Of a stretch of DNA of 64,000 bases, positions 1 to 14,351 are shown one piece after another; the first letter of the stretch is position 1, and each line of letters starts with the position of its first letter. The notes beneath the pieces were generated by a model, which worked only from the letters and a program-made list of their open reading frames with translations, did not search any database and was not told where the DNA came from. A program made the translations under genes and the position numbers. The stretch is taken from contig CM126204.1 in assembly GCA_052327205.1 (NCBI GenBank), forward strand, positions 127,038,001 to 127,102,000. Reading direction: 5' to 3'. This DNA comes from Somniosus microcephalus. Taxonomy: Eukaryota.

Positions 1-430
1 TAGCACATTTGCCTCTGAGTCAGAAGGTTGTGGGTACAAGTCCCACTCCATGGACTTGAGCACATAAAGCTAGGCTGACACTCCAGGGCAGTGCTGAGGG
101 AGTGCTGCACTGCCGGAGGTGCCGTCTTTCGGATGAGATGTTAACCTCTCTCAGGTGGACGTAAAAATCCCATGGCACTATTTCAAAGAAGAGCAGATGA
201 GTTATCCCCGGTGCCCTGGCCAATAATTATCCCTCAACCAACATAACAAAAACAGATTATCTGGTCATTCTCACATTGCTGATTGTGGGACCTTGCTGTG
301 TGCAAATTGGCTGCTGCATTTCCTACATTAGAACAGTGACTACACTCCAAAAAAGTACTTAATTGGCTGTAAAGCGCTTTGAGACATCATGTGGTTGTGA
401 AAGGCGCTATATAAATGCAAGTCTTTCTTT
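1..430 (+). mobile_element. tRNA-derived Deu-domain SINE (SacSINE1/AmnSINE1-like), 5' end cut by the window
   Basis: Degenerate B-box-like GGGTACAAGTCCC, central core shared with copies at 9515, 32195 and 58378, and 3' tail GGCGCTATATAAATGCAAGTCTTTCTTT. Confidence 0.8.
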
Positions 431-2267
431 AAATGTCACAATGAGTGAATTTGCTACAGCTCCATATCATTGCTTATACCAAGTAAATACAAACACCATT
501 AAAACATGCAGTGTAGAAAAAGAAGTTTAGGGATGCACTGCACGGTGATATGAAGCTGCGATTGCTGTGCAGCTAATTATAAAAGAATCAATCAATGAAA
601 ACTATAAGCCGTTTAATCTGTCCAAGATTGCTTTAAGGAACTGCGCACAACAATCATTTTAACTGTCCTGAGTGGGAAAGATTTAAGTGATGGAATTTCA
701 AATATATCACTTGATATACATGGAGTCCTGACAGGCATAGTTTGAGTTACCCCCCTACATCAATAGTACTCATAATATAACTGGAGAACCATTTGTGAGC
801 CACTCCTGTTTCAATTCAGCCCCTTGATAGTCCTATTGCTCCATGTGCACCTGGACCTTGAGTTATGAATTGTCTGCCTGTCAACTGAACGGGGATCCAG
901 ACCTATTGCCCTTCCTTTTCTTGCTATCCAGCAAAGGAAGACAACTAAATGCTGTTAAAAGGCAGAGTAATCCCAGGAAGTCAAATTCTAATATTGGTCC
1001 CATAGGATTTTTTTCCTGCTTCACGTAGGGAGATATCTGGCAATTAACTGTGGCATCATGAGTAAAAACAAAAGCTCATTGATTGAGGAACTGTGAGCTC
1101 AGATCCTTGCTCCATCACACCATGGGGCAAAGCCTCCCAGAATTTTAGTTGCAGCTCTTGTGCAAGATACTGACTGGGATTGAGGCCCTTGATAAAAAGT
1201 TGGCGAGTAGCATTGCCTCACCTGTTGATCAGTGTATTTATTTTTGATGAGGCACAGGGCAAATATTAAAGCAGAGTTCTGAGTTGATTTTCAGAACAGA
1301 GATGGTGATTGATAGAGTCAAGGTTTGCTTCAACAGCTATATGTTGTCTATTTTCATGCTTGCAAGTACGAAAACAGGGGAACTCAAACATTCCTGGGGT
1401 GATAATATCATTGCTGACGTTGATGTCACCCGAATGGCCTTCACACATGCCCAATAACATGCAAGGCACACTAATTAGCTGCTGTCCCTACTGACAATGG
1501 CCTAAACTCTTTAAAATAGTTTTGACTGAAGTATCCCTTGAATACAGCAAATACTGTTGCAGCAACCCCAGCTGTCATGGTTTCAGATTTACAGACCAGT
1601 GTGAGACAGAATCATAGGAATTCATGTTCTGATTTAACATTTTAAAGGGTATGAGGAAAAGGCGGGGGACTAGGACTAACTGGAAAGCTCTTTCAGGGAC
1701 CTGGCACAGGCTCAATGGTCCCAATTGCCTCCTTCTATGACTCTACTCTGCAATTCCTGTTCAATATTTTGGGAACTTATGGGTGATCATTGTTACATAG
1801 TAACTGCACAGTTCCAACGACATCAACAAACATCTTTGGTCATTTTTACCCCAGGTGCGCAGGTGAGTAATACCCATTAAAAAAGTCAATACTTTTTCTC
1901 AAGAACAATTGCAAGTCATCTCCCCATCAGCTCAATAGGTTTGAAGGGAAAGTATGATGCGTAGGAGCAGGGTTGTGGAAGAAAATCTATGTATACAGAA
2001 CATATTCAACTCAAATTCTTGACTGTCATGTCCTATTTTGCAGCTTTGTTGCTCATTAGTTATGTGGTCAGGTCATTCTTTGTATATTTTCCATATTCCA
2101 TGGTTTCCTGCAGCATACCCATTGTGTGTTGTTTGGTGTGGCACTTTGCTGACCAGCTGCTGTAAAATGTGATATATGAGATGGATTTACACATGTTTTT
2201 CAGTCCTTAAAATGTAGGGCTGCAGCTTAGAAACAGGGGAGATACACATAATATTTTTTAATTGAAA

Positions 2268-2490
2268 AATTCTTTACCCAGAGAGTGATTAGAATGTAGA
2301 ACTCACTACCACAAGGAATGGTTGGGGTGAATAGCCTAGATGCATTTAAGGGGAAGCTAGATAAGCATGTGAGGAAAAAGGGAATAGAAGGTTATGCTGA
2401 GAGGGTGAGGTGAAGAAGGGTGGGAGGAGGCTCGTGTGGAGCATAAACACTGGCATGGACACGTCGGGCCTGTTTCTGTGCTGTAAATGT
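2268..2490 (+). mobile_element. CR1 LINE 3' fragment
   Basis: FFTQRV..WNSLP-like end of ORF2 followed by 3'UTR, similar to the other CR1 copies in the window. Confidence 0.7.
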
Positions 2491-4429
2491 AACTGGAAAA
2501 TAAAGATACTTAGATATTGCATTTTCCAGCACATATTTTATATCCAGCATTTAAACCCAAATCGGAAGAACTGCCAGTCCAGTCTATATGGGAAAAGTTT
2601 CGGGGTGAGAATGGTTAATGAAAAAAAACCATTCATGTTCCAAGAAAATATGGTCAAGGCGTACAAAAACTGTTGAAACATCAGCTGCAAAAAATGACTG
2701 TATATGCACGTATCTGTGTTCTGTTTATACAAACGCTGCCCCAGAGGCATCGACTTGTTTTCTACAGTTGTATTAGTCACACCCAAACATTTCTGGCACA
2801 GTCTATGTACAGTTCGAAAACTTGGCTTTAGCAAGCCAGGATAATGATGTTTTGGCTAGTGCTCAGGCTTGCTCCAGGGGCCTTCAAACATGTAGGAAAG
2901 CTGGAAGTTTATGAAGGCTTTCTCCATCTCTATAGCAACGCATTTGTTGTCCTACCGCTGCAACTTTTGTAATTTACAGCACTCGGTTTTAACCATTTAA
3001 CCCTATTTAAAGTGGGCTTTAGCCAGAACTTGGAGTCAGCATTCCCTTTTGTAAGCAAGGCTGTTCCAAGCCCATTTCATTATATTCTAGATATAACCGG
3101 TTGGGCAGCTCTTTATAGGGACTGCCAGTAAATAAGTAACACACGACTGAAAAAAATATCATTTAAAAATATTTTAAGGAGGTAATGTATTTAAAATTAT
3201 CTTTAGTGGAGAACCAGTAAAGGCCATTGTCGATAAAGAGAGGCGAGCCAGATTGAAAGGACAGAAATCTTCTTTTTACTCAGTGCTGCAGGCTAACCCT
3301 TCTAAGTCCACACAGTGGGGCTAAAGGGACATGTACATTTAAGAAAGTGCAGACTCAAATCAAAGTAAACCACACTGATGCAATAATAATGTTGGCTTTT
3401 CATTTTATGACTTAGCTAAGGTCATGGACTCTGTGAGATCCCAGAAAAGTCCCAAACCAACATTTTTAAATAACAATTGTATTTATTTATGAGATTGGCT
3501 CACTGCCAGTGCTGCATATGGAATTGAGACAGCGGGCTGATTAAGGCATGTGTCCATTCTATTTTGCTGTGAGTTATTTTTTGATGGTGTAATCTCCATT
3601 GGCACCAATGCTTCTGCCTGTTGTAAGTGTGGGAGGCAGCTTACATACCATTATTTGTTATGCATTGTAAGGCTATCCTTTGATAGTATCATCAATCATA
3701 TTCAGGTACTCTTAGTTGGTTTCAAAAGCGCTTCATTCAGTCAACCAGGGCGCTGCATTGTCTCTGCACCATGTAGCTGAATATAATGTTTTCAGGGGGA
3801 TGGAAGAAAAGTAAATAAAGCGTGTAATTTAAACAACATTATTATCTCTGTCAAGCTAATCAGTCGCAGAGGAAATTTGCTCTAGTAGTTTTCTGCCTGC
3901 TACTTAAGGCACTAAGCACCAGGGCACTCAAAGGTACATGTTGGTAGATAACACTCTATCAATTGTAGGAGCAAAGGTAGATTATGGTCCTAAGATATTA
4001 CACAGCACAGTAATATTTTTTTCTAATACGGTGAGTACATTATGTTTAAGGAATGAGCATTTAATAACATTTTGACTCTGGATTTGGACTCATGTTCAGA
4101 TTGCCTGAAACTCAGGTCCTCCAGCTCCGAACCCAATACTTTACCCGTAGTGCACAGATTCATTCTGGAGCTTCATTCTCCTTAGCATAGGTGCTCTTCG
4201 AAAGAGCCGGCGCAGACATGATGGGCCGAATGGCCCCCTCCTGTGCTGTACTGTTCTATGATTCTATGATGGGAAAGACTGCTCCGCTGGGATGAATGTC
4301 AACATTTTCTTTCAGCGTTTTGGTTTTTGAGATAATGATGCCCCACTGCTCTCCAACTCTAGGAAAGCTGGATGAATAGTTAGACTACAAACTGGCATAA
4401 TGGCGCAGTGAATTTATCCAGTGTGCAGT

Positions 4430-4572
4430 TGAACAAAGAGAATGAAGCGATATGGGGATAGTGCAGGAAAGTGGAGTTGAGGTTGAAGATCATCCATGAT
4501 CTTATTGAATGGTGGAGCAGACTGGAGGGGCCTTATGGCCTACTCCTGCTCCTAATTCTTGTATTCTTATGA
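4430..4572 (+). mobile_element. CR1 3'UTR fragment
   Basis: CCATGATCTTATTGAATGG...GGCCTACTCCTGCTCCTA...TTCTTATG tail, same form as 12050-12151. Confidence 0.7.
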
Positions 4573-4880
4573 ACCATACAAACCAGGAAGGTCCAAGGAT
4601 TAATGTCCTGAGTTAGCTGATCTCACCTTGTGTGGTTGAATCGGGTGCGACAATGAGCCTCAGCTTCCCTGTGTTAGGGAGGCAGAAATTAGGCACGGTT
4701 GGTTCTCCAGATCACTATCCACTGATCCCTCAAAATAGTGCATGTGTGTTGACATAAGGTGAGGATAGGACTGGGCTCAGCTGTGGTCAAAGAGTCTGCT
4801 GATGCTGACTGTCAGGGTTCACACATGAATAATGGCCACTTAAATGAGAGCGAATGGTGGACCAACACCTCAGTCAACAA
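4573..4880 (+). mobile_element. old SINE-like repeat (family uncertain)
   Basis: Resembles, from recall only, a degenerate shark SINE (GAGTTAGCTGATCTC...CACACATGAATAATGGCCAC); no second copy in the window. Confidence 0.35.
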
Positions 4881-5445
4881 CTGCAGGAATAGGTTAAAAT
4901 TGGAAAGAAAATTAAAGGAACACAAACAAAGTCAAGAAATACTCACAGAACTCTACCAGGAATTGGGTGCAGGATACCACCTCAACCCCATCTTCCCAAA
5001 CCGTGACAGCGCCAACACCACCGGGGAAGGAGCCACATACTCCAACACCAGATATTAATTGGAAGCTCTCCAATAAATTACCAGATAATTAAACCAATAA
5101 ATTACAATGAAGATAGTTAAAAAAAAGAACATTTACTTATACTGCAGTCACCTGCAGTGTAGAAATTTACATGACAAAATTTGCTTATATATTGCCATTT
5201 TTTTAAACATCAGGAACAGCAGGAATTGGGTAAAATTCAACTATTTACAAATTAACCTCACAGGGCTTAATTTAGGTTATTAATTTGTCTTTATGTTTGT
5301 TTCTACTAGCTTTATAGAATAGCTTAATCATCAAGGAGTTTGTCCAGGGGTGAGATGGCACATCTCTGCAATGATATAACAGACCTTCCCCTACACTGCA
5401 TTACAAGATATCACACAGATTCATTACCACCCTGATGTTACTTTC

Positions 5446-6880
5446 CGACAATGTGGAAAACTGCCCAGGTATGTCCTGTCCACAAAAATCCATCCAGCCA
5501 ATTACTGCCTCATCAGTCTACTCTCAAGCATCAGCAAAGTGATGGAAGGTGTCATCGACAGTGCAATCAAGCGGCACTTACTCACCAATAACCTGCTCAC
5601 TGATGCCCAGTTTGGGTTCTGCCAAGACCACTTGGCTCCCAACCTCATTACAGCCTTGGTCCAAACATGGACAAAGGAGCTGAATTCCAGAGGTGAGGTG
5701 AGAGTGACTGCCCTTGACATCAATGCAGCATTTGACTGAGTGTGGCATCAAGGAGCCCTAGTAAAACTGAAGTCAATGGGAATCAGGGGGAAAAATCTCC
5801 ACTGGCTGGAGTCATACCTAGCACAAAGGAAGATGGTTATGATGGTTGGAGGTCAATCAACACAGCCCCAGGACATCGCTGCAGGAGTTCCTCAGGGCAG
5901 TGTCCTAGGCCCAACCATCTTCAGCTGCTTCATCAATGACCTTCCCTCCAACATAAGGTCAGAAGTGGGGATGTTCGTTGATGACTGCACAGTGTTCAGT
6001 GCCATTCACATCTCCTCAGTTAATGAAGCAGTCCATGCCCGCATGCAACAAGACCTGGATGACTTTCAGGCTTGGGCTGATAAGTGGCAGGTAACATTCA
6101 CGCCACACAAGTGCCAGGCAATGATTATCTCCAACAAGAAAGAGTCTAACCACTGCCCCTTGACAGTCAGCGGCATTACCATCGCCGAATCCCCCGCCAT
6201 CAACATCCTGGGGGTCACCACTGACCAGAAACTTAACTGGACCAGCCACATAAATATTGTGGCAACAAGAGCAGGTCAGAGGCTAGGTATTCTGTGGCAA
6301 GTGTCTCACCTCCTGACTCCCCAAAGCCTTTCCACCATCTCCAAGGCACAAGTAAGGAATGTGATGGAATACTCTCCACTTGCCTGGATGAGTGCAGCTC
6401 CAACAACACTCAAGAAGCTCGACACCATCCAGGACAAAGCAGCCCGCTTGATTGGCACCCCATCCACCACCTTAAGCATTCATTCCCTCCACCACTGGCA
6501 TACTGTGGCTGCAGTGTGTACCATCTACAAGATGCACTGCAGTAACTCACCAAGGCTTCTTCAGCAGCACCTCCCAAACCCCCGACCTCTTCCACCTAGA
6601 AGGACAAGGGCAGCAGGCGCATGGGAACACCACCACCTCCAAGTTCCCCTCCAAGTCACACACCATCCTGACTTAGAAGTATATCGCCGATCCTTCATCG
6701 TCGCTGGGTCAAAATCCTGGCACTCCCTACCTAACAGCACTGTGGGAGCACCTTCACCACACAGACTGGTCAGCGGTTCAAGAAGGCAGCTCACCACCAC
6801 CTTCTCAAGAGCAACTAGGGATAGGCAATAAATGCTGGCCTTGCCAGCAACACCCACATCCCATAAACGAATAAAAAAAA
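5446..6880 (+). mobile_element. 5'-truncated non-LTR retrotransposon (CR1/L2-group), RT region with stops
   Basis: QFGF, ALDINAAFD, GVPQGSVLGP and MFVDD RT motifs in ORFs 5539-5739 and 5740-6831; ends in AATAAAAAAAA. Confidence 0.9.
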
Positions 6881-7689
6881 AGTCACTAGACTAATAGGTA
6901 TAAGGATACATACTTACCACAAAAGAACCAATTGCACTGCCAGAATGATCAAACATACCATTGGTATCCATTAAACATTGCATCACATATCTGGGACTGA
7001 TTGGGCCTTGCAATATAATTAATCTGTCCCACAGGGTTTCCTAATTGGAGTCTGCTACACACTCTATAACTTTATCATGAAAGAAGCCTTATTATGCAAA
7101 GCCATGGCAGAGAAAAAGGTTGGAAATGCCAGTGAGGAGGTACTAGTGGTACCAGCAGTGCAACAAGGAAGGCTGGTGAGCCAGGCACTAATTCTAGATG
7201 CCTTCCAAGAAGTGCAACAGTTACATCATTTGTAAAGGGGCAAACCACAACTGCCAACTAACTGGCCAAACCACTTTTTCCTACACTTTATGCTCAGCTC
7301 TTCAAATACCACCTAATGGGATCTTATGCTGGCTCCCATTATATTGCATGCAATGACAAATAAACATTTATCACAATGTACAAGTCAAGTGCAGGGCATT
7401 GATTTCCTCTATTGCATAGCATGTGAATATTGACATCTTGGATTGTCATGGTAACGCGCCTTGATCCAGCGCCATCTTTCAGATGTGTGACACCTAGCTG
7501 GTAGTGTAAGGTTTTCAATAAGGCCCTTGAACATTAAATTCAGATGTCATACGTTAATAAGCATACAGTACATGCAGTAGTACTTAAACACGCACTTAAA
7601 AGGTTGTGCTTAAAACCCATACCTGGTAATGGTTTGGTTGGGGATTCAAACGTGTTATATTTCTGAGTTTGGTGTCTTAGACCTTTACA

Positions 7690-7770
7690 AATATAAGAAG
7701 TAGGAGCAGGAGTCGGCCATTCAGCCCTTCGGGCCTGCTCCGCCATTCAACAAGATCATGGCTGATCTCA
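7690..7770 (-). mobile_element. CR1 3'UTR fragment
   Basis: Reverse complement of the CR1 tail GATCAGCCATGATC...CTCCTGCTCCTACTTCTTAT. Confidence 0.65.
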
Positions 7771-9514
7771 ATACTTATTACAACTGCCAGTTTTTATGTA
7801 TTTCTCTCACTCCCTCTATGTGACAATCCAGACAATTCTGCATTACATAATTATATAAATGTTAAAATACAACTCCATATAAGGAGAATTTAATTGATTT
7901 ATCCCTCATCAATAGCCTTAGCTTTCCTTACTTGGTGTGCTCTTTTTCCATTGGGCTAACTAGTATAACTCCTTTACTTTGCTCTCTTATCGATAGTTTC
8001 ACTCTTATAATTACTATTCCTCCAAGTGAAACATCTAATAATAAGTCTGTCTTTGTTTCTGTATCATTCATATCAATTAAAAAAGATGCTGTGCACCCAG
8101 AGATTTTCCTTTATAGAACTAACTATTTCACACACTGTTATAAAATGATTAAAGTTCTCTGACACTTATGGACCGTTATGCAATGGCATCTGTTTAATTA
8201 AGTCTCTTATTACTTCATCCTGAAACTGACCATTGTTTTAAGGTCAGCCCTGGCCCAACAGCCAAGTGGTGCTTTAAATTGACTTAAGGCAGAGGCTAAA
8301 GGTTAACACTACTACAATGTAAAGAGATTATCAGTAGTAGTTTAACATTGGTAGATTTCGGGACAGTCTGATTAACCCTTCCCACCCATAACCTGCCATT
8401 CGTTCTATGTGATTCCCTTGTGCAAGGAGTAAGTGTGTTGTCTAACTGCAAGGATTCACTGACAGGCTGCTGGGATTCTGGTAGCTCGAGACCTATTTAG
8501 GTTGTGCATTGTGTGAGTGCTGCATGTGAGTCAGCCAGATCTAGGACTATGGCGATTGACTGGCGAAGCCTACATTCAGCTATCTCCTGTCATTACTGCT
8601 GCTTCCCGTCAGTCCCCATAAATTGTGGGCTTTCTCTCCCTCAGTATTTGCAGTAGTGCTGGGAGCTCCTGGCCTGTAAAAGTAACTTTCCTCATTTTGT
8701 AACACCCAATTTTACAGCAATTTTTGCTGTGTACATATCTGGTTTGGCCTTCCCAGTGCCCGTTCAATGCTGTCTGTTGGAGTAAGTACTCACTGAGGAG
8801 TTTCCTCTTTTTGCTTCTATTGTAAACAACAGAAGAATTGTTGCACAAGTGAAACACCTACAGCGGCACTATCAAATCTCCCTTATTTCTAGTGACCATC
8901 TCGATGTTTTATGTGCCTCATTATAAAAACCCTGTCCTATTTCAGCCCATTTGTAATCTGTTTCTCTCCTCACTTTGTTTAACAGTGGAATGCATACATT
9001 TAGTGCCTTTGTATATTCCGTTCTTTTTAATGAGAAAAGAAATCTCACAAATTTAACTTGAGGAAAATTTGGACTCTGAAGTTTGACAATCCACATTTTA
9101 ACCCAACCCTAAAGAATACATTTTCAGTAAACAAGATGAAAGGGACAGACATTTGACTCCCCCAGATTACGAGGGGACTTGCAGATAGCTGCCAAGGAAA
9201 CTGATGCCTCAGAAACTGTCGATGTATTAGACATGCATCAATGCAAAAGTGGTAGTGTAATTCTGTATAACTCTCAGCACACCAACAGCGTGGGATTCCC
9301 CTCCCAGGAGGCTGCTCACACAGGCTTGTGTGTGCACTGAGTGCAGTATAACTTCAGATTACAAAACCATGGAAATTGTTTGTTTGGCTGAAAGAGTCAA
9401 TACAAAAGAAGAACTTTAAGAAGTGGTTAACTGTGCCCTCACCTGTCAGTCATTCAGTTTCGCTATTGACGTTTGAACCTGGTGAAACGTGGCGATGTAA
9501 AGAGAGAAAGAAAA

Positions 9515-9832
9515 GAAAGAAAGACTTGCATTTATATAGCACCTTTCACGACCTCAGGCCATCTCAAAGCATTTTACAGCCAATGAAGTACTTTTTTTGA
9601 AGTGTAGTCACTGTTGTAATGTTGGAAACACGGCAGCCAACTTGCGCACAGCAAGCTCCCACGAACAGCAGTGTGATAATGACCAGATAATCTGTTTTTA
9701 GTGATGTTCATTGAGGAATAAATATTGGCCTGGACACAGGGGATAACTCCCCTGCTCTTCTTTGAAATAGTGCCATGGGATCTTTTATATCCACGTGAGA
9801 GAGCCTCAGTTTAACGTCTCATCCGAAAGACA
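9515..9832 (-). mobile_element. Deu-domain SINE
   Basis: Reverse complement of the 1-430 SINE core and tail (AAAGAAAGACTTGCATTTATATAGC). Confidence 0.85.
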
Positions 9833-10628
9833 GATATGTTAACTATTGAAGTGTGGTTGTCAATATGATACAAAAAGCAAAAATTCTCCACTCAATACAT
9901 GCACTGCATCACTTGTATCTCCTATGCAAACTAATTTGGATTAAGATTTGGCTTTCATGAAATCCCTACTTTTTGCTGTCCAGGTTCAGTTCATTTGTTC
10001 ACCTCTGCCATCCCTCTGGTGGATTGAAATGGCTAATGCTATAATCATGAACCATTAATAGTAATAGTGTAGCAATCTCTTAAAGATTAAAACATATTAG
10101 GTGAATGTAATCAAATAGTGTGACAGAAATAGATGTAATGGTGGGTTGTGTAGACTTGATTTATTTTAATAGACTTGGAGTACGATGCTGACAGTTTTGA
10201 ATGCACCAGTTTCATTAACATAACACATGCTTTTAGAAGAAAGCATCAAAGTTATTATTTAACTCAAACATATGTGCTAAAGCTAATTTAGCAGTCTGCA
10301 AAAACAATAGCAAAACTAGTTGTGGAATAAGTTCTGGGAGGGAGTGACAAGTCACCTTTTAAACAATGGAGGCAGCCTTGGAATGCACCCTGAGTACACC
10401 AATAGAAAGGGGCATTGTTTCTCTCTTGGAAGTCAGCCAACATTTCAGATAATTAAGTAATCTTGCTGCTAAGTGAATGTAATCAAATAGTGTGACTGAA
10501 ATAAATGTAATGGTAGGTTGTGTTAATGGGTATGATCCCATTAAGTGAGTTTGGTGAACTGAGGGACGGAGCTACAGCAATGGCACCTAACTGGGCTGTA
10601 TGGCAATATCCAGTGAAATAGCAACAAT

Positions 10629-11404
10629 TGTTATGGTCACTCTTCCCTAAAGGCCCCTTTACTACAAGTTTATTAATTAATCCTTTCTCATTGCACAATA
10701 CTAGATCTAAAATAGCCTGTTCCCTAGTTGGTTCCTCAACATACTGATCTAGAAAACGATCTTGTATACATCCCATGAACTCGTCCTCCACACTATTACT
10801 GCAAATTTGGTTTGCCCAGTCTATATGTAGATTAAAGTCCCCCATGATTACTGTATTACCCTTGTTATATGCGCCTCTAATTTCCTGATTTATACTCAGC
10901 CCTACATTACAACTACTGTTTGGGGGCCTATAAACCACTCCCACCAATGTTTTCTGCCCCTTGATGTTTTTTAGCTCCACCCAAACTGATTCTACTAATT
11001 GATTTTTGGAGCTAAGATCCTTTCTCTCTGTTGTCTTTATCCCATCCTTTATTATCAGGGCTACCCCGCCTCCTTTTCCATTTTGCCTGTCTCTTCTAAA
11101 AGTTAAGTATCCTGGAATATTTAGTTCCCAACCTTGGTCACTTTGAAACCACGTCTCCGTAATGGCTTAGATCAAACCTATTAATTTCTATCTGTGCTAT
11201 TAATTCATCTATTTTGTTGCAAATGCTTTGCGCATTCAGATATAGTGCCTTTAGCTTTGACTTTTTTCTATTTATCCCTGATGTTACCTTAGTCACTGAT
11301 GCCCTATTACCTTTGTTATCCTCTCTGTCCCATCCTGACCCACTCTGCTTATTTTTACCCAAAACTCTGCTCTGCTCTAGAGCCTTGACATTTCTCTCGC
11401 TGTT
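10629..11404 (-). mobile_element. CR1 ORF2 apurinic-endonuclease segment (inverted)
   Basis: LYLNAQSI, GVVYRPP, MGDFN, LDLVL and GKSDHN motifs in ORFs 11138-11362 and 10483-10980. Confidence 0.9.
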
Positions 11405-12151
11405 TTAAATGGTGAGAGATTGGGAAATGTTGGTGTTCAGAGGGACCTGTGTGTCCTTGTACATTAATCGCTGAAAGTTAAGATGCAGGTACAGCAAGCA
11501 ATTAAGAAAGCAAATGGTATGTTGGCCTTTATTACAAGAGGATTTGAGTATATGAGTAAAGATGTCTTACTGCAATTATATAGGGCCCTGGTGTGACCAC
11601 ACCTGAAGTATTGTGTACAATTTTGGTCTCCTTACCTAAGGAATGATATACTGGCCATAGAGGGAGTGCAACAAAGGTTCACCAGACTGATTCCTGGGAT
11701 GGGGGATTGTCCTATGAGGAGAGATTGAGTAGACTCGGCCTATATTCTCTGGAGTTTAGAAGAATGAGAGGTGATCTCATTGAAACATACAAAATTCTTA
11801 CAGGGCTTGACAGGGTAGATGTAGGGAGGATGTTTCCCCTGGCTGGATAGTCTAGAACCAAGGGTCACAGTCTCAGAATAAAGGGTCAGCCATTTAGGAC
11901 TGGGATGAGGAGAAATTTCCTCACTCAGAGGTTGGTGAATCTTTGGAATTCTCTACCCCAGAGGGTTGTGGGGGCTCAGTCGTTGAGTATATTCAAGACC
12001 AAAATTGATAGATTTTTGAATATTAAGGGAATCAAGGGATAGGGCGGGAAAGTGGAGTTGAGGTAGAAGATCAGCCATGATCTTATTGAATGGCGGAGCA
12101 GGCTCGAGGGGCAAATGGCCTACTCCAGCTCCTATTTCTTATGTTCTTATG
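11405..12151 (+). mobile_element. CR1 3' segment (post-RT ORF2 plus 3'UTR)
   Basis: LNGERLGNVGVQRDL...YCVQFWSP...WNSLP homologous to 45340-46100; ends in a (TTCTTATG)n tail. Confidence 0.9.
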
Positions 12152-13439
12152 ACAGCTATATTTTCTTTTTTGTGCAGGACCTTAAAATGATAGTGTAGAA
12201 TTTCAAACTATTGTTTTGCACTTGCAGTTGCAGGAGGCTGACAAACACTAAACAATTTGCAGAACTGTGCTAGCTCTTTTGATGGAACTGAGCCAGCAAA
12301 ACGTGAAACTCTAATTATACTTAAGAGCATAGGTAACTTCACAGGTACCCTGTCATTATTTTATGAAGGAAATAATATTTCATATACATCCTGTTCCTCC
12401 TGTCATCTGCCATTAATATGGTTTCAGTTAGAGGTTAGCCTGACAGCAGAGAGGAATAAAACCTTTCAGAATTGTTCAGGTTTGACTTGTGCCTTTCAGG
12501 TACATATCTTTTGATGTGGTTTCTTCCTATTTTCTTCCTTTGGTTTTTGCAGCTAAACTTTTAGTCTTAATGTACTTACCCAGATGAGTCATTTTAACTA
12601 CTTTATTTGATCACCTCTGTTATTTTACTTATTCACTGGTTAAGTAGTGTTGCAAATGATCTTGTGACAATATGCAGAAACCAGATTGAAATCCAACAAC
12701 AGTACATCTTTCATAGAAGATTAAAACGCCAACATTGTTCATAAAATTTTATATGTCTGGGGCCTTGCTATCCGGCCAGTTTTGGGCGAGCGACTGCTGC
12801 CATTGGAACAGAAATCTTTAGTGGGATTGACTTTTGCTGCAGCAGCTTGTTCAGGCCAGTTGAGTCCTATTTTTTGCAAACTAGCCCTCTGTACGTTCTT
12901 ACTTTAATACTTCACTTCTTCCTGTGCTTAGGTTTGAGTGGAGTTGAAATAAGTGCAGCAAAGGGTATACAGTGTCTAGGAAGAGGAAGGATTCAAGTGT
13001 ATTGCTTAGGCACAAGAGGCAGAGGCTGAAAGGGGAGCACAGAATCTGTGGAACCCTGATGACGCCTGGCGTATGACACTCACAGGAGCTGTCTACCACT
13101 TACAAAAGTATGAGTGCAGAGCGCGGCATGCAATGCCTGCATCTACCCAATAAGATGGTCAATGAGTTCTGCTCTGTTTTGTGAGCCATACTAGAGGGGC
13201 AGTCCACCCTGGCTCTTAAAATCACAACAGCCCTGAGTTGTTGCTGTTTTCCAGGTTGCAACAAGGGAGCTGACTGATAGTGAAAATTACCCACTATGTG
13301 CTCAAATCTATGAATCTGATTTAAGTGGATGAAAATTGGGCAGGTTCTACAACAGACAGGTGATCCACTCCACCAGATTACAGCCCCACCTCACCCCCCC
13401 CAATGGTGAAGATGAAGATTACCCCATAATCTAGGTTAA

Positions 13440-13735
13440 CACTTCAGTGTAGCACCGAGGGATTACGTTATTGAACTGTCCTTCCAATAAAATGTTATTA
13501 AAGATCCCATGGCACTATTTGAAGAAGTATGAAGAGTTCGCCCAGTGCCCTGACCAACATTCTCCCCTCATCCAAAAACAGTAATTCATCTCTTCACCGT
13601 TTATGGGATTTAGCTGTGAGCAAATTGGCTGCTGGATTGGCCCACATAACAGCACTGTGCATCAAAGCAATTCATTGTACTTGAGCTGTTTTGAAATCTC
13701 CTGAGAGGTGTGATAAGATGCAATATAAATTCAAT
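13440..13735 (+). mobile_element. degenerate Deu-domain SINE
   Basis: GATCCCATGGCACTATTTGAAGAAG and GCAAATTGGCTGC blocks shared with 1-430. Confidence 0.6.
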
Positions 13736-13750
13736 TATTTCCGGAAGATA

Positions 13751-14351
13751 TTGGGCCGTATATTCCAATCCCTACGGGTGTGTACGAGAAGGGCCTCTAG
13801 GCGGATAGTTCCGCTTTCTGGAGAACCTCCACCCGCTGAAAACCCTTAGAAATCTTATGCCTGCATAAGATTTGAAAAAAGTTAAAAAAAATTTTTTCAC
13901 TCATTTACCATTTAAAAATACTTTTAAAAAAAGGTAAGTTTATTTTTAACCCTGTAAAAAACTTTAATTATTTTTATCAAAAAATTAAATTTTTGTTTAA
14001 AATATTTAATTTATTGTAATTTCAACTCATTTTAAATATGTGATTAAAAAAAAAATTATTTAATGTTTTAGTGTTTTTGGGGTGATCTCCCTTCATATAT
14101 TTGAAGGTATATCTGTCAAGTGTATGAAGGGAAATTCCCTTCTCCTATTGGCTCCCCATGGCCCACGTGATCCCAGGGATGCTTGCCAACCGCAGACGCC
14201 TCTGGGATATGTGGGCCCTGCGCATTTCGAGTTGGAGAGTCCCAGGAGTGGAAGCATACGTACCTCGGGAGCCCTCAGGTAAGTCTGTAGATTTTTTCCA
14301 GATCGGAGGCCTCCGCAAGCAGGAAGCCTCCGATCGGAAAATACGGCCCAA
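13751..14351. mobile_element. non-autonomous DNA transposon (MITE)
   Basis: 20-bp TIRs TTGGGCCGTATATTCCAATC / GATCGGAAAATACGGCCCAA (2 mismatches), TA on both flanks, A/T-rich core, no coding capacity. Confidence 0.8.
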
